Shown: one piece after another, positions 1 to 12,750 of the stretch
Layout of the letters: each line of letters starts with the position of its first letter
How positions within the stretch are numbered: position 1 is the stretch's first letter
Source: Octopus sinensis
Taxonomy: Eukaryota
DNA length: 64,000 nt
Direction of reading: 5' to 3'
NCBI RefSeq assembly: GCF_006345805.1
Contig: NC_043001.1
Coordinates: forward strand, 96,410,001-96,474,000
Made by a program: the position numbers and the translations under genes
The notes under the pieces: generated by a model
The model's database searches: none
What the model was told of the DNA's origin: nothing
What the model saw: the letters and a program-made list of their open reading frames with translations, nothing else

Positions 1-240
1 ATGTACGTGGTCTGACCTACTGCAAGGAAAAGTTATAAAACCAAGTATTGAGAAAAGACGGGTCGGAGAGTAAGTGTAATCATCCATCATAAAAAGAGGG
101 AAAGTTAGACAAAGAAGACCGCTTACTGCATTTAAAGAAAACACAGCAACTTGTTAACGACCTGGCCTAGGATAAGCGTCTCGCATAGATTTAAAAAGGG
201 GCCAAGAGTAGCAATGAAGATGGAAGAAGAATTACCCGTA

Positions 241-475
241 CAGGGTGTTCAAAACGTTTCTCCGCAGTGAATTTTTTTTCATCCTTCGCATCACCATGGC
301 CCTACTTCAAGAGTTTTTCGGTGTATGAATTATTTCGAAGGGACTTTTGCCACCAATATCATCTGATTTATCACCGCCAGATTTTTTTTTCTGGGGTGCA
401 AGTAAAGAATCAGTGTGCAAGAATCGCCCCAAAACAATAAAATTCTTACTGCGGAGAGACTTTTTGAAAACCCTG
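241..475 (+). mobile_element. Tc1/mariner-derived MITE (internally deleted), 235 bp
   Basis: 28-bp TIRs CAGGGTGTTCAAAACGTTTCTCCGCAGT / reverse complement CAGGGTTTTCAAAAAGTCTCTCCGCAGT (25/28). TA on both sides (239-240, 476-477). Interior translates (with a frameshift) to PPISSDLSPPDFFFWG..K.SVCKNRPKTI, similar to the WPPRSPDL.P.DFFLWG motif of Tc1/mariner transposases. Confidence 0.85.
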
Positions 476-674
476 TAGTAGAAGTTCAGAAAAAAAAAAC
501 ATTATATACTTTTACAGCGACAAAGACAACAGAATCGATTCATGTAAGGAGAGATATAAAATTAAAAAAACAAAACACCAACGATATTTTAATATATATA
601 TAAGGTTTTCAAAGAACGTTGAAGGACGTGTAAAGAAATACATTTAGAAATATCCAAAATATATACATGCATAT

Positions 675-838
675 GCGCAGGAGAGGCTATGTGGTAAGTA
701 GCTTGCTTACCAACCACATGGTTCTGGGTTCAGTCCCACTGCGTAGCACGTTGGCCAAGTGTCTTCTACTATAGCCTCGGGCCGACCAAAGCCTTGTGAG
801 TTGATTTGGTAGACGGAAACTGAAAGAAGCCCGTCGTA

Positions 839-885
<47 letters not shown>

Positions 886-1130
886 TGTGTGTGTGTGTGG
901 GTTGTGTGTGTGTGTGTGTGTGTGTGTGTTTGTGTATCTGTGTTTGTCCCCCAACATCGCTAAACAACAGATGGTGATGTGTTTACGTCCCCGTAACTTA
1001 GCGGTTCGACAAAAGAGGCCGATAGAATAAGTACTAGGCTTACAAAGAATACGTCCTGGGGTCTGATTTGCTCGACTAAAGGCAGTGCTCCAGCGTGGCC
1101 GCAGTCAAATGACTGAAACAAGTAAAAGAG
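675..1130 (+). mobile_element. SINE family A (tRNA-like head, Ceph-domain-like body, internal (TA)n(TG)n, RTE-like tail)
   Basis: Head GCGCAGGAG.GGCT.TGTGGTAAG...GGTTCAGTCCCACT; body GCCTTGTGAGT.GATTTGGTAGACGGAAACTGAAAGAAGCCCGTC; tail GACTGAAACAAGTAAAAGAG. At least 7 copies in the window. Confidence 0.85.
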
Positions 1131-2399
1131 TATGTATGAAATATGTACGAAAAATTTGTAAGAAAATATCTCAAACGGTATACTTACCAAAGAGAAAGTG
1201 AGGGGCTAAAAAAGTAGTGTGCGTGTTTCCAATAAATTCAAATTTCTTAGTTATAGATTATACACAATTCTGCGCATGTCATTAACTTGCCAGGCTTTTT
1301 CTATTAGCTCTAAATAAATGTTTTACCAACTTATGAGTGAATTTCTGGTTGTGTTTTCACAGAAACGATTCTCTACATCGCAGCTACCGTATACTCCAAA
1401 TCTGGTTTGGAACGTACTCGGAAAGCTCTACAATACATTTTTCAAAACTTCAATACTATCAGATGAAGCAGAATTAACAGGATGCTGTATCTGAAATTTT
1501 ATTTATTCGGAAATTTATTTATACAGAAATTAATGTGATTCTTCTTTAGTTGCTGTATATAACCAGACAAAGCTGTAACATTCCCCTTTCTTGCTTCTTT
1601 CAAAGTAGATTTTTGATTTGCATAACAAGTCTTGAAATGTTTTCCCCACCTTCCTTATTTTGGCCATATTACACAATGTGTTCCACTACGTGGGAAAAGG
1701 AGTCATTACTGGATAAACTACCGCGTCTATATTACATGACGGTTAGAAGGCATTACCTCGCCAAATTTATAATCACATCCATTGTTAACTCTCCTACTTA
1801 CGAGTTTGGATGGTTGAGTTCCAATCTGAATATCATGTGCAGGGTAGCTTCTTGCATTGTGTCATTAGGTACATCTCCATGTTTAGAACTGTTACTTCTT
1901 GCAATGATATTGCAGCTATTAGAAAATGATCTAGAACTTTCTTTGGTGTCATGCTGGTTAGAAAGATTGCAATGTTTATTCTCAACAAGGCAGCCATTTT
2001 AAATTAATTAAGAAAATTTGGAAAATTCTCCCTAAGATCAAAGGAAAGAGTATATGTGAAATAGATAATATTTCGGTTGCAGTTACGTTTTCTTTGGTGT
2101 TTATATTCTTCGTTGATTTCACATTCTTAGATATAAAACTATTTCTCTTTCTTCGGAACTATCATTTTCTAAAGTCTTATATTAACTATCTACTCTACCT
2201 CGTAATTTTTACTTAATGATCTGTTAGAAATTTGTATATGTTGTACAATTCTCTAAAATGATAAGGGTTCGTTAGACATTTTGCAGTTATACATAAATTA
2301 TTTATTAAGGTTTCTGTGAAATTTATATTTGCCAGTCTCTAAGAACTTGACTATGCACATGTACGAAGCTGCTATAATATTAATGCTATAATATTTATG

Positions 2400-3060
2400 C
2401 TATAATATTAATCCAGCTATTTGAAAATATTGATTAAGTCTTTCCTGATGCTATATAACCTGTATCTATTAATAATGTACAAGACAGTAAAATCGTCATC
2501 TCTGTACAACCCTATGGCTAAGGTTTCCAAGTTAAATTTGAGTATCTCTAAGTTATTCAACCAGCAATTTCCCATGTTTTTGCTCTGCTTTAATAAAATA
2601 ATCATTGAAATATTTCTTTTACTTCGTAATATACTTGTTAAAGAGCAGCTTTGCTCAGGCACGAATATTTTTGTCGTTCTTAGTACTATATATTTGTTAA
2701 CATCTCAATACACTGGTGTTGGGGGGTTTGGAAATAGACGAGTGGAAATCAACATTATTGAAATGGGTGAATTTACATTTGTTTTGATCTTGTGGATCCA
2801 GTATATGTATAATTCTAGTTTTATTTCAGTGTTGTGGATTAGAAACTTTACTAGTCTTGCAGTTAATACTATTTAGGATATGTTCACAGAACCTCACAAA
2901 ATCGTTCATAGAAATGTTAATAAGTCTGCATTTGAGGTTAGAGGTGAATTTCTCTTTATGATCCTTACAAAATCTAGTCAAACACCGCATATATTTATCC
3001 AACTTTAGCCAGCATGACGTGACCTCGGCTTCGCTGTTAATAACGCCGTATTTATATTTG
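2400..3060 (-). mobile_element. Penelope-like element RT fragment (degenerate)
   Basis: Minus strand gives KDHKEKFTSNLKCRLIN..., ...FHSSISK and IGLYRDDDF (ORF 2417-2662), matching PLE RT motifs KDHK.NF...CRLINP and GLYRDD. Many stops. Confidence 0.6.
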
Positions 3061-3277
3061 CTTTCCTGTAATTTCGTGCATTTTTAAAGCTTCATCATAA
3101 TCTTCGCATGCATCCAACCTGTCTCCAATGCTTCAATTATACATTACGATAAATGTAAAGGCATGTTCAGTGGAGAGTTTTCAGAATTTCAAATTATAAT
3201 GAAATGGCAGGGGAGGGGGTAACCGGAGATACGGCTGTTGTATTGGCAGTAATAACATTAGAAATAGTAGAAACAAT

Positions 3278-3391
3278 ATCATCATCATTATTAATATTAT
3301 CATTATTATTATCATTATAATAATAATGATAATAATTATAATAATAATGATAATAATAATAATAATAATAATAATTATTATTATTATTATC

Positions 3392-3447
<56 letters not shown>

Positions 3448-3515
3448 TATTATTATATTATTATCATTATTATAATTATTATTATTATTATTAATTTTAT
3501 CATCATTATTATTAT
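3278..3515. repeat. (AAT)n/(ATT)n compound microsatellite followed by (GTA)n and (GAC)n runs
   Basis: Direct reading of the sequence. Confidence 0.95.
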
Positions 3516-3589
3516 TAGTATGAGGAGGAGAAGAAGGAGCTGTAGCTGTAGTTGTGTCATCAACAACAGGGGCATCACCAGCAGATATA

Positions 3590-3626
<37 letters not shown>

Positions 3627-4517
3627 TTTTAGTTGATTTCTTTTGTGTCACTGATTGAATTACAAATCAGAATAATCTTGAGGAGTATGATAATGACTAC
3701 GACGACGACGACGACGACAACGACGACGACGACGATGAAGATGATGAGGACGATGACGATGGCGATTACAGTATAATCATGGTATTTATTTTAGTGATAA
3801 TTATTATAACGATTCGAGAGGAATGAAAATTAAAGCTATAACTTCGGTAGGGGGTAGTTTGAAATGAGAGCGTAATGAGTCGTAATTAAATACCACAAGG
3901 CATCTCATTCAAAACCCTAGCATTTCTGGCACTCTACTGCCTTCTAATTCTTAATATCTGAAGATATATAATGATGTGAATTCTTACAAATGGATGAGCA
4001 TCGGACATAGCTGAAAGCTCTTCAGATTTTGTTTCGAATTACTAATATTTCTTTTTATTAATTTGAGATGTGTTGTGTATTAATATAACTGGAAAATTAC
4101 GTAACGCACCGTATAAATATATATATATAAAAAAAAAAGAATTTTTAGCTTTGTTCTAAAACGGAAATTCTTACGGAGAAATTTCTTATGGGAAAACGAA
4201 AGGAATTTCTACCCCTGTAGTAAAATTTCTGGATTCCAAAGAGAAATTCGAGGATTCCAGTAGAGAAATTTGTTCTAGGTGAAAAATTATTCATAACTTT
4301 TCTCACTAATTTTGTGCTTGGATTATTTCCCTTAATGTAGATTTAAAGAACTTTAACGTTAAATTAATATTAAGGTTCTTAATCTGTTGTGTCTGGGGAG
4401 AGTCGTTTTCTTTTTGTGTCTTATAATGTAACACACTCACCGGTAAATTTTCCACTTATTTCTTATTTTTATTTTCCTAAAATTTTAGTTGCGTCCTGAA
4501 ACTATGTGATACATGAA

Positions 4518-4930
4518 CTCTTTTGCTCTTTTACTTGTTTCAGTCATTTGACTGCGGCTATCCTGGAGCACCGCCTTTAGTCGAAGAAATCGACCCCAGG
4601 ACTCTTTGTAAGCCTAGTACTTACTTTATCGGTCTCATTTGCCGAACCGCTAAGTTACGGGGGCGTAAACACACCAGCATCGGTTGTCAAGCGATGATGG
4701 GGGGACAAACACAGACACACAAACATACTCACACTTATATATATATATATATACATATATACGACAGGCTTCTTTCTGTTTCCGTCTACCAAATCCACTC
4801 ACAAAGCTTTGGTCGGCCCGAGGCTATAGTAGAAGACACTTGCCCAAGGTGCCACGCAATGGGAATGAACCCGTGTGGTTGATAAGCAAGCCATGTGGTT
4901 GATAGGCAAGCTAATTTCCACATAGCCACT
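4518..4930 (-). mobile_element. SINE family A copy
   Basis: Reverse complement of the 675-1130 family; small tandem duplication in the head (GTGGTTGATA.GCAAGC twice). Confidence 0.85.
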
Positions 4931-5101
4931 CTACTTTTTCATATCATATATGGGTGAAGTAGAAGGAAAGAAACCAGAACAGTTAAGTAAAATGAGGAAA
5001 GCCAGAAAAAGTAAAGAAAACCTGCTTTAATACAAGTTTAAAGGTCAGCCAATAAAAAAAAACAACATCTTTTGTGATCGTTCAACTTGCTGAAAAGAGC
5101 A

Positions 5102-5144
<43 letters not shown>

Positions 5145-6065
5145 ACACACATATATATATATATATATAAGTAGCACAAAGCGTTTATTTTGTAAAAAAA
5201 GAAAATAATATATATACAAGGCTGGAAAAAATGGGATGATTATTGCTGGGATCCTTTTGAGTATAGAATTGTTCGATCAAGTCTGATCTGGGAGACTAAA
5301 CAGTTTTAGCTAGTTTAGGGCGATAGTCCAAAGACACGCGGTTCTAACACACAAACGATTGCGATTTCATTATCTCCAGTGCGGTTGGAACCATAAATGA
5401 ACTCTCCGTCACACTATTTATGAATCAACCAATATTTAGATTACATTTTGTGATGGTGTTGATTTAGCAATTAATATTCGAAGGAAATTACGTAACAGCA
5501 CACAGGTTAATTAATTCTATACATGAAATATTTTTAGCATCCCTCGAACAGTAAATGTCAAATTTGCACCCCAGATGATATATTATGATTATCGACCGAT
5601 ACATAAGCAGTGTTTCTAGAGAAAGTATGCGTGGTTTTAACTACACTGCATTTCCTGATATACAACTAGTTTGTAATCGTAATCTCTCAGTTATTATAGC
5701 TGCATGTTCTCTCTTACTCAGGATTATAACCTCAAAATTGTTTTAGAGTAAGACTAGAAAAACTGCTTTTTTATTTTTCTTATTTTTACATAGAATCAAT
5801 ATAACTAGATGCCATTTTGAGTCAAATCAGAATCCGCAATTCCCAAACAACATAAATACCATAATCAATGGTACGCCAAGAATTACTGCATAAACTGAGA
5901 ACATGTAAATCTCAACTTTGGTGTCAGACAGGAAAATTAAACTCCTTCGAGATAAACAAACCAAATGGTTAAAACGAAAATACTGCAATATGGAAAGCTT
6001 TGGCGACTAGACGGTGTAAGAAAGAAAGGAAAGAGCATCAGCTAAGAGCTCATGTGTGTGTGTGG

Positions 6066-6186
6066 AAACTACTGAATTCACTCTACAACACTCGACAATG
6101 CTATATTACTCCACACTGCAGCCTGGTTTTATATAAAACCTGGGGCTTATTTTTACATGATTTTCCTTTTAAGGGACGAGACGTAG

Positions 6187-6222
<36 letters not shown>

Positions 6223-6333
6223 ACTGAATTCACTCTACAACACTCGACAATGCTATATTACTCCGCAGCCTGGTTTTATGTAAAACCTGGGGCTTATTTT
6301 TACATGATTTTCCTTTTAAGGGACGAGACGTAG

Positions 6334-6335
<2 letters not shown>
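6066..6335. repeat. Tandem duplication of a ~120-bp unique unit separated and flanked by (TG)n
   Basis: 6066-6189 and 6217-6335 nearly identical (GAAACTACTGAATTCACTCTACAACAC...GACGAGACGTAGCTA); the second copy lacks 5 nt. Confidence 0.9.
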
Positions 6336-6404
<69 letters not shown>

Positions 6405-6679
6405 GAGTGATTGTTAATTCTGTTAGATTTTTGAATACGGTTAACCGTCTCACTCAACGACACAGACATAATATTGAAAGACTGCTACTTATATTTCTGT
6501 TCAACTGCATGAACGTAGAACCTTCCTCTAAAAATACTGTAACAGGAACGAAGGTCACCAGCAAGGGGTACGAAAAAAATACTAAGAATTTACTGCAACA
6601 GGGCTACAAAAGTCACCTCATATGTCAAAAAGCATAAGAAACGGAGCGACACAAACAAGTTCAAGCGATAGTTGAAGCC

Positions 6680-7031
6680 TCGAGACATGCGCTCTCACAG
6701 CGCGTCCATGCATCCATCATTTGTTGGTGATTTTCTGCCGTACCTGGTAGATGACACCTTTGCACCACCCAGTTGACAACTCTCCAAACCATGGGTCTGT
6801 TTGGGTGATCATTGCTGGTGAGGGTTTACGTGGCTGGAGGTCAAGTCTCACTTCAACCTTTTAGTCGCCTCATATAACACGCAGAAGAAACGCTGGGTTT
6901 ATTCTTTGAATAGAGCAACATGAAACGAAGTGTTTTGCTCAAGAAAACAAAACACCGCCCACTTCAGGAACCGAACCCACGATCGCTAGATCGTGAATGC
7001 AACACCCTATCCACTAATCCACGCGCCTTCA
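6680..7031 (-). mobile_element. SINE family B (tRNA-derived head), old copy
   Basis: Minus-strand head GAAGGCGCGTGGATTAGTGGATAGGG...GGGTTCGGTTCCTG with A-box and B-box-like motifs. Confidence 0.6.
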
Positions 7032-7088
7032 AATGAGACAGATGAAACAATTTTTTCTAACTCATCACAACTGTATATACAATATATT

Positions 7089-7296
7089 AGTTAGCATGCC
7101 GCACAAAATGCTTAGCGGCATTTCATCCGTCTTTATGTTCTGAATTCAAATTCCTCCGAGTTCAGCTTTCCCTTTCATCTCTTCGGGGTCGATAAATAAG
7201 TACCAGTTGAGCACTGGGGTCGATATAATCGACTTACACCCTACCACGAGGTTGCGCGGTCTTGTGCCAAAATTTGAAACCATTATTATTATTATC
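7089..7296 (+). mobile_element. SINE family C, tail type 2, ending in (ATT)n
   Basis: Core TTCTGAATTCAAATTCC...TTTCATC...GGGGTCGATAAATAAGTACCAG; tail CTTGTGCCAAAATTTGAAACC(ATT)n. Confidence 0.8.
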
Positions 7297-7299
7297 ATT

Positions 7300-7740
7300 T
7301 GTATTGTCGAACCATTTTTTTGCTGTCAAGTCTATACTTGTTGCAAAGTGTCCAATGGACAAACTTTGCTATATTGTTATAACGTCTCTTCTATTCTTTC
7401 TGGGCTAGTGTAGTACATTGACTGGTAATATGCCATACGGTTCCACCATTTTGTCCACAAATTCTGCGCTTATCACTTTCTGATGTGTTGTCTATTCTCT
7501 ATTCGATGTAATTCGTTCTTAGTACTTGCTCTTGGGCAGCACAGATTACAGCCCCCGTTTCCGGTTTTGAATCACTTTTAGTCATCCATAGTCATCTTTT
7601 TTTCTGTCTGTTTCATCTTCAACATCCCTATGAAATTGTCCATGCATTCTTTTCTTTATACACCTATTTTAAGTTTCATTCTCTCTTAAGTCCTTGTACA
7701 GTGCTTTATCTTTGCAATCTTCCATCCTACACAAGCCTGA
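7300..7740 (-). mobile_element. R4/Dong-clade (RLE-type) LINE fragment, zinc-knuckle region
   Basis: Minus strand across frameshifts: RMHGQFHRD...ICAAQEQ.LRTNYI...RICGQNGGTVWHITSQCTTLAQKE*KRRYNNIAKFVHWTLCNKY, the pre-RLE signature of R4/Dong ORFs. Confidence 0.75.
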
Positions 7741-7741
7741 T

Positions 7742-7787
<46 letters not shown>

Positions 7788-7882
7788 TAATAATAATAAT
7801 AACAACAATAATAATAATAATAATAACAATAATAATAATGATGATAATAATAATGATGATGATGATAATAATAATAATAATA

Positions 7883-7941
<59 letters not shown>
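7742..7941. repeat. (AAT)n array
   Basis: Direct reading of the sequence. Confidence 0.95.
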
Positions 7942-7942
<1 letters not shown>

Positions 7943-8463
7943 TGGCTCCTGATCTTAACTGATTGGCAGTGTTATCATGTATATTGTTCTGTCTTGGTAT
8001 AAAAGATGGGCGACAGCAAATATTCTGCTCAATACCACAGATTTGCTTGTCAGTTGTTACCTTAACCAGTTGACCACGTCCCTTAGTGGCTGATGATATG
8101 TGCATCTCTGATCACAAGCAGAAGTAGTGGGGGAGCATCATAGCTGTGTGTTGAAAAGAATTCTTAGAGGTTGGATAATTCACCTCTGGAAACATGGGTG
8201 TTTTGTTCAACATCCTTAAACAATCCTTATTCAGGGACTTTTTGAGCGGGATGGGCTACTCGACCAGAAGAAAAAAATCTAGCTTGGCCCCCACCTGCAA
8301 TGTCATATGCTGTTAATCTTCATATGAGATCACCATGTCGCGCACATATAGTTGTGATGCATGTGCCTAGTGTACCCTTATCAGACGGGTAGTCATGATG
8401 GGTACACTGGGCTTCGTATATTTTACCCGTGTCACTTTGATGGCATGCACTGCTCTCTCACTC
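7942..8463 (+). mobile_element. Non-coding ~550-bp element X, 5'-shortened copy, embedded in (AAT)n
   Basis: Homologous to 50067-50268, 52758-53120 and 54684-55229. Ends ...CTCTCTCACTC followed by (AAT)n. Confidence 0.8.
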
Positions 8464-8482
8464 AATAATAATAATAATAATA

Positions 8483-8542
<60 letters not shown>

Positions 8543-9189
8543 TAACGATAACAATAACAACAACAACAACAACAACAATAATAATAATAATAATAATAAT
8601 AATAATTATTATTATTGCTGTTGTTATTATTATTATTATGGCAGTTTCGAGAAGTTTCGCATCAGTGGGATCATATACGCGAAAACAAACGGAGTTCTTT
8701 TTGACCGCACTGAATGATCTCTCTCTTTCCATAAAATCCATTTCGGAACAATTAGAAGGAATGGTTTCACCTAAGAATAGAGGAAGATAACTATAATTAT
8801 TATCTAGAGGCACTCTGACGAATAAAAGGCATACATTAAAATATGTTTAAATTAATCCTGCCATATACAAAATGGTGAGTTAATTACAATTATTGGTGAA
8901 ACGATACTTTAGATAACTGGAGGTTTTCGGTAATCTTCTTAATAACTGCAGCTTGATCGGGTCGCTTTGCCATACCAGCTTCGCAATCAATCCCTCACTC
9001 TTTCCTTCACTGTACGTACGTACGTACGTACGTATGTATGTATGTATGTATGTATGTATGTATGTATGTATGTATGTATGTATGTATGTATGTATGTATG
9101 TATGTATGTATGTGTGTGTGCATATGTATCTATGTATATATATATGTAGTTACATATAAAACTTTCTACATGTATGTGTGTGTGTGTAA

Positions 9190-9245
<56 letters not shown>

Positions 9246-9538
9246 CATAAATATAAGAGGGGATTTTTTAACCACTATGTGGAAACCCTTATGCTAGAAG
9301 AAGATCCGCTATGGTCTCAACCACTAAGAATTGTTCCCCAGAAAATTTAGCACACCACAAACGTAAGCGAGCAAGACAAAAAAAAAAATAACAAAAATAT
9401 AGATTAACTACATGTTATTAATCTATATTTTTGTGCTAAATTTTCTGGAGAACAATTCTTAGTCGTTGAGACCATAGCGGATCTTCTTTTAGCATAAGGG
9501 TTTCCACATAGTGGTTAAAAAATTCCCTTATATTTATG
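9246..9538. mobile_element. Fold-back (long inverted-repeat) MITE-like element
   Basis: ~105-bp outer arms with about 6 differences, plus an inner perfect 17-bp IR ACAAAAATATAGATTAA/TTAATCTATATTTTTGT around a 10-nt loop; ~36-nt insertion in the left arm. Confidence 0.85.
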
Positions 9539-9640
9539 CATGAAATACTATTAACTGAATCTCAGTTTTTTTTATATGCTAGACCACTGGTGTTAAAATT
9601 TGAAGTTATCAAATTAATATCCAATTTTTCACCCTCATTT

Positions 9641-9712
<72 letters not shown>

Positions 9713-9778
9713 CATAATACATACATATATATAATATATATATATATATACATATATATATAACACACACACACATAT

Positions 9779-9811
<33 letters not shown>

Positions 9812-9820
9812 TTATATATA

Positions 9821-9873
<53 letters not shown>

Positions 9874-9877
9874 ATAT

Positions 9878-10065
9878 AGGTATTGTGGTAAGAAGCTTGC
9901 TTCTCGACCGCATAGTTCCAGGTTCAGTCCCACTACGTAGCAGCGTGGGCAAGCATCTTCTATTATCGACTCGGGCCTACCAAACGCTTGTGAGTGGATT
10001 TCGTAGATGGAAACTGAAAGAAGCCAGTCTTATATACATACATATATATATATAGTTATATATAT

Positions 10066-10108
<43 letters not shown>

Positions 10109-10109
10109 C

Positions 10110-10157
<48 letters not shown>

Positions 10158-10338
10158 ATGTGTTTGCATCTATAATTGTCTATTCATCGCCACTTGACAG
10201 CCGGTGTTGATGTGTTTACGTCCCCTTAACTTAGCCGTTCGGCAAAAGAGACCAATAAATAAGTACCAGGATTAAGAAATAAGTCCCGGGGTCGATTTCT
10301 ACGACTAAAATTGTTCAAAGTGGTGCTCCAGCATGACG
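9878..10338 (+). mobile_element. SINE family A copy
   Basis: Same head, body and tail motifs as 675-1130. Confidence 0.8.
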
Positions 10339-10511
10339 ACCACACTTTCATCGCGGTTCTTTTCCCCACGCATGAGCAAGCACACCAGAAATATATGTTA
10401 TAAACGGCGTGAACTAGGGGTTAAGAATTAGGGGTTAAGAACGAGGAGTTAAGATGTTAAGCTGTGACTTCGTGGGAGGAAAAAGTCGACGACATGAACC
10501 TTCAGCGTTCA

Positions 10512-10630
10512 ACAACTGGTACTTATTTTATCGACCACGAAGGATAATAAGTAAAGTCGACTTCCGCGGAATTTCAACCCAGAAGTTAAACACGGATGAA
10601 ATGCCGCTGTCTCGCGTGCAATCACTAGTG
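10512..10630 (-). mobile_element. SINE family C fragment
   Basis: CTGGTACTTATTTTATCGACC.CGAAGGAT...AAAGTCGACTTCCGCGGAATTTCAAC is the reverse complement of the C core. Confidence 0.7.
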
Positions 10631-10699
10631 TAGATGAAGTGTGTACCCTCCAGGGCGGCCCTTCCGTTTGCCGACCCCGGACCCCGCAAAAACCACATA

Positions 10700-10728
10700 T
10701 TGCTTACTAATATTGTGACTACAATCCT

Positions 10729-10778
<50 letters not shown>

Positions 10779-11183
10779 ACATCAACACCACCATTACCAC
10801 CGCTACCATGACGATCATCGCTACCGTCACCATGACAATCAGAACCATTTTCAAAAATCATTCATTAAAATCGTCTGTACCAACACAAGCCTAACAGCAG
10901 CAGCGACAGCAGCAGTAGCAGCAGCAGCAGGGGCCACAACCTCCACCGCCACCACCACTAAAATCAATCACCTGTGCCACAAACACCACCAGCACAATCC
11001 TCTCCGCCGCAACCGCAGCCGCCGCCATCACCAACACCATCACCAGAACCGTCACCGCCACGACGACCACGACCACTACGACGACCACGACGACCACCAT
11101 CACCACCACCACCATCAACAACAACAACAGCAGCAGCAACAAAGTAACATCACTCTACCAACCGCGCCCAATATCAGTTGACG

Positions 11184-11231
<48 letters not shown>

Positions 11232-11280
11232 GCAACTATCTACAACAACAACAACAACTACTACTACTACAACAGAGGCT
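10700..11280. repeat. Degenerate trinucleotide low-complexity tract (CTA/CAC/CAG/GAC/CAA)
   Basis: Direct reading of the sequence. Confidence 0.9.
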
Positions 11281-11917
11281 TAGGTGCTGCTGTCACTCGC
11301 CCCTCCCTAGTCGCTAAACCCCCACCGAACCCACGCCAACCACTCATGAAGTTGTGAAGTTGTAATACTTAATTTGTTATCTCATTTTGGTAAAGACAGA
11401 AAAAAAAAATAAATGAAATAAAAAGGAAATTCTTGTTATAATTGGGTTTACAACAAGGAACTGTAGGCTGATACCTAAAGGGTATCGGGGTATAATTAAA
11501 TTCTCTCTTTGTCACTGATATTCAATATGATTTTTTCGAATTTCAAAGAAGACATACAAGTGTTTGCGTTGTTTGTGTTCAGAGTTGCACCTCGAATTTA
11601 CTCTCTCCCGCCTGTGTATGTGTGTGTGTGTGTATGTGTGTATGTGTGTGTGTGTGTGCGTATTTATAGAAGACTATATGTGTATATAGATATGTATATG
11701 CATACGTACACGCACACACACATACACACACACATACACGCATACACAGGCGCGCGCGCACATAAACACACAACAAACACACATATGTAAAGTGAGCTCT
11801 GACTATTGCCTGTGCTGTGTCTGTCTGTTTATCTGTCTGTCTGTCTATCTATCTGTCTGTCTGTCTGTCTGTCTATATGCCTGTCTGTCTATGTCTGTCT
11901 GTCTGTATGTCTCACTG

Positions 11918-11974
<57 letters not shown>

Positions 11975-12443
11975 TTCAACTTGGTGTTCCTCTGAATTCT
12001 TCTTTCCACTTGCTCTTCCGCCTTATACACTGCTGCTTTTTATTCTTCGATGTGTGTGTGTTTCTGTGTGTGTATGTGCGCGCGCGCGCATGCGTGTGTA
12101 CGTGTGCGCGTGTGTGCATGCAGAAGTAGAACGACTTATGGTTAAAGACGTTTCAACCGTAACCATCCCGTATTTCGTATACGCAGATAACTGACGATCA
12201 CATTATGCAACGTGTCCTTTTCTCCAAACACATTATGCTTTAATTAATTATCTTTCACTAAACTTTTGAAAGACGCAAAAGTGTGCGGCCCCATGGTTTA
12301 ATATTTACGGTTCACTAATAAGCAGAATGGGATTTTCAGCCGTGGAACAAAAGCTATGTGGATGGAAGATTCTCCTTCTTCCAGGGGTATATTCAAACAA
12401 AATTGCGCCCACAAAAGCGTACTCGCGTCGTATGTTCAAAGAG

Positions 12444-12750
12444 TTCTTCTTCTTCTTAATACTTTTTGCCACTTATGGAGCATAGGGCCTCAACAGTTTC
12501 TTGGCTGCTTCCCATGTCAGGCCGGTGGTCCTGAGCTCGTCCAAAATGCACCGCTTCCATGTCTGGTTCGGGCGTCCTCGCTTCCTTTACCCCTGCGGAT
12601 TCCAGTCAAGTGCTTGATGTGTCACATTTGAGGGTTCTTTCCGCAGTGTGTGTCCGATCCATCTCTATTTCCTTCGTCTAATCTGAACATGTATGGGCTC
12701 CTGGTTGGCCCTTTCCCACAGGTCGATGTTTGGCACTATGTCGAACCACG
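12444..12750 (-). mobile_element. RTE-clade LINE 3' end, 5'-truncated, (GAA)n tail
   Basis: Minus strand: NIDLWERANQEPIHVQIRRRK*RWIGHTLRKEPSNVTHQALDWNPQG*RKRGRPNQTWKR, typical RTE C-terminus, then (GAA)n at 12444-12457. Confidence 0.8.

Noticed and set aside
10413-10455. TAGGGGTTAAG repeats suggesting an interstitial telomere
   Set aside because: Only 2-3 degenerate units, not (TTAGGG)n; more likely the interior of a small TIR element.
10890-11160. GC-rich polyQ/polyT/polyP-like stretch resembling an exon
   Set aside because: Degenerate trinucleotide repeats that merge into flanking (CTA)n arrays; no supportable splice structure or domain.
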